From contig MNCI01002977.1 of the NCBI GenBank assembly GCA_015680685.1, positions 62,001-126,000 on the forward strand: DNA of 64,000 nt, written 5' to 3'. The DNA comes from Gnetum montanum (taxonomy: Eukaryota > Plantae > Gnetophyta). Made by a program: the position numbers and the translations under genes. This document shows, one piece after another, positions 63,559 to 64,000 of this stretch (positions are counted from its first letter, which is position 1; the number at the start of each line of letters is the position of its first letter). Below the pieces are notes generated by a model that was not told the origin of the DNA, ran no database searches, and saw nothing but the letters and a program-made list of their open reading frames with translations.

Positions 63559-64000
63559 TCCAGCATCTTATACGCTAAATCTCACAGGTTCACGTTCGGG
63601 TTTTAACCCTGCATGCTGGGGTTTGATCCTATACACCACGCTAATTTCTGCATGCTGGGGTTTTAATTCCTGCATGCTGGGGTTTTAACCCTACATGCTC
63701 AGGTTTTATCTTGTACGCTATGCTGAACCCTACACGTCAAAGATGACTGTTCCTTCACGCTGAAACCGTGGTTCTGAGGTTCACGCTGAAACTATTTCCT
63801 GAAGTCCACATTCACATTGAAACTATCGCCTGAAATGTACATTCACGCTGTGATTTGGGCTTACGCTCGCGCTACGATTTGGCTCAGGTTCACGCTACCT
63901 TTGTTGACTGACGAGTTCATGCTCACGCCTTGCATTATATATACCGCCGTGTTGACCCTGCCCTCACCGCCACCACCTTGAATATTTTATTTAATTTAAT

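Larger units (their letters stand above)
52058..64000 (+). mobile_element. Element D: related Tat-clade LTR retrotransposon, 5' part (continues beyond the window)
   Basis: B/A 3' UTR homology breaks at TGAAACACCACAAAATT; LTR, PBS, gag-pro and antisense gene follow. Predicted TSD CCTGG (52053-52057) cannot be verified here. Confidence 0.9.

Overview
Plant heterochromatin-type DNA made entirely of nested, decayed Ty3/Gypsy LTR retrotransposons; no host gene, rRNA, tRNA or CRISPR array is visible. Element B (+, 5' LTR begins before base 1, interrupted at 52057) hosts three related Tat-clade insertions. A (-, 1263-18913, TSD ATCCC) sits in B's 5' LTR. C (-, 28159-45602, TSD ACAAG, structurally complete) sits in B's internal spacer. 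D (+, from 52058, runs off the window) sits in B's 3' UTR. A different gag-protease-bearing insert E (~9650-14534, spanning a 694-N gap) replaces the middle of A. A-D share a tRNA-Asn PBS, and A, B and C show RT-RNaseH-aRH-integrase order. The main finding is the family architecture. Gag-protease ends in a stop, and RT-RH-aRH-INT begins about 5 kb or more downstream at its own conserved Met behind a 3' splice-site-like signal. The gap between them holds an antisense, multi-exon gene with intron positions conserved in B, C and D. That gene encodes a degenerate FCP1/NIF-type HAD phosphatase-like domain, a transposon-associated helical domain and a coiled coil. All copies are pseudogenised, and domain calls come from reading motifs by eye, not from database searches.
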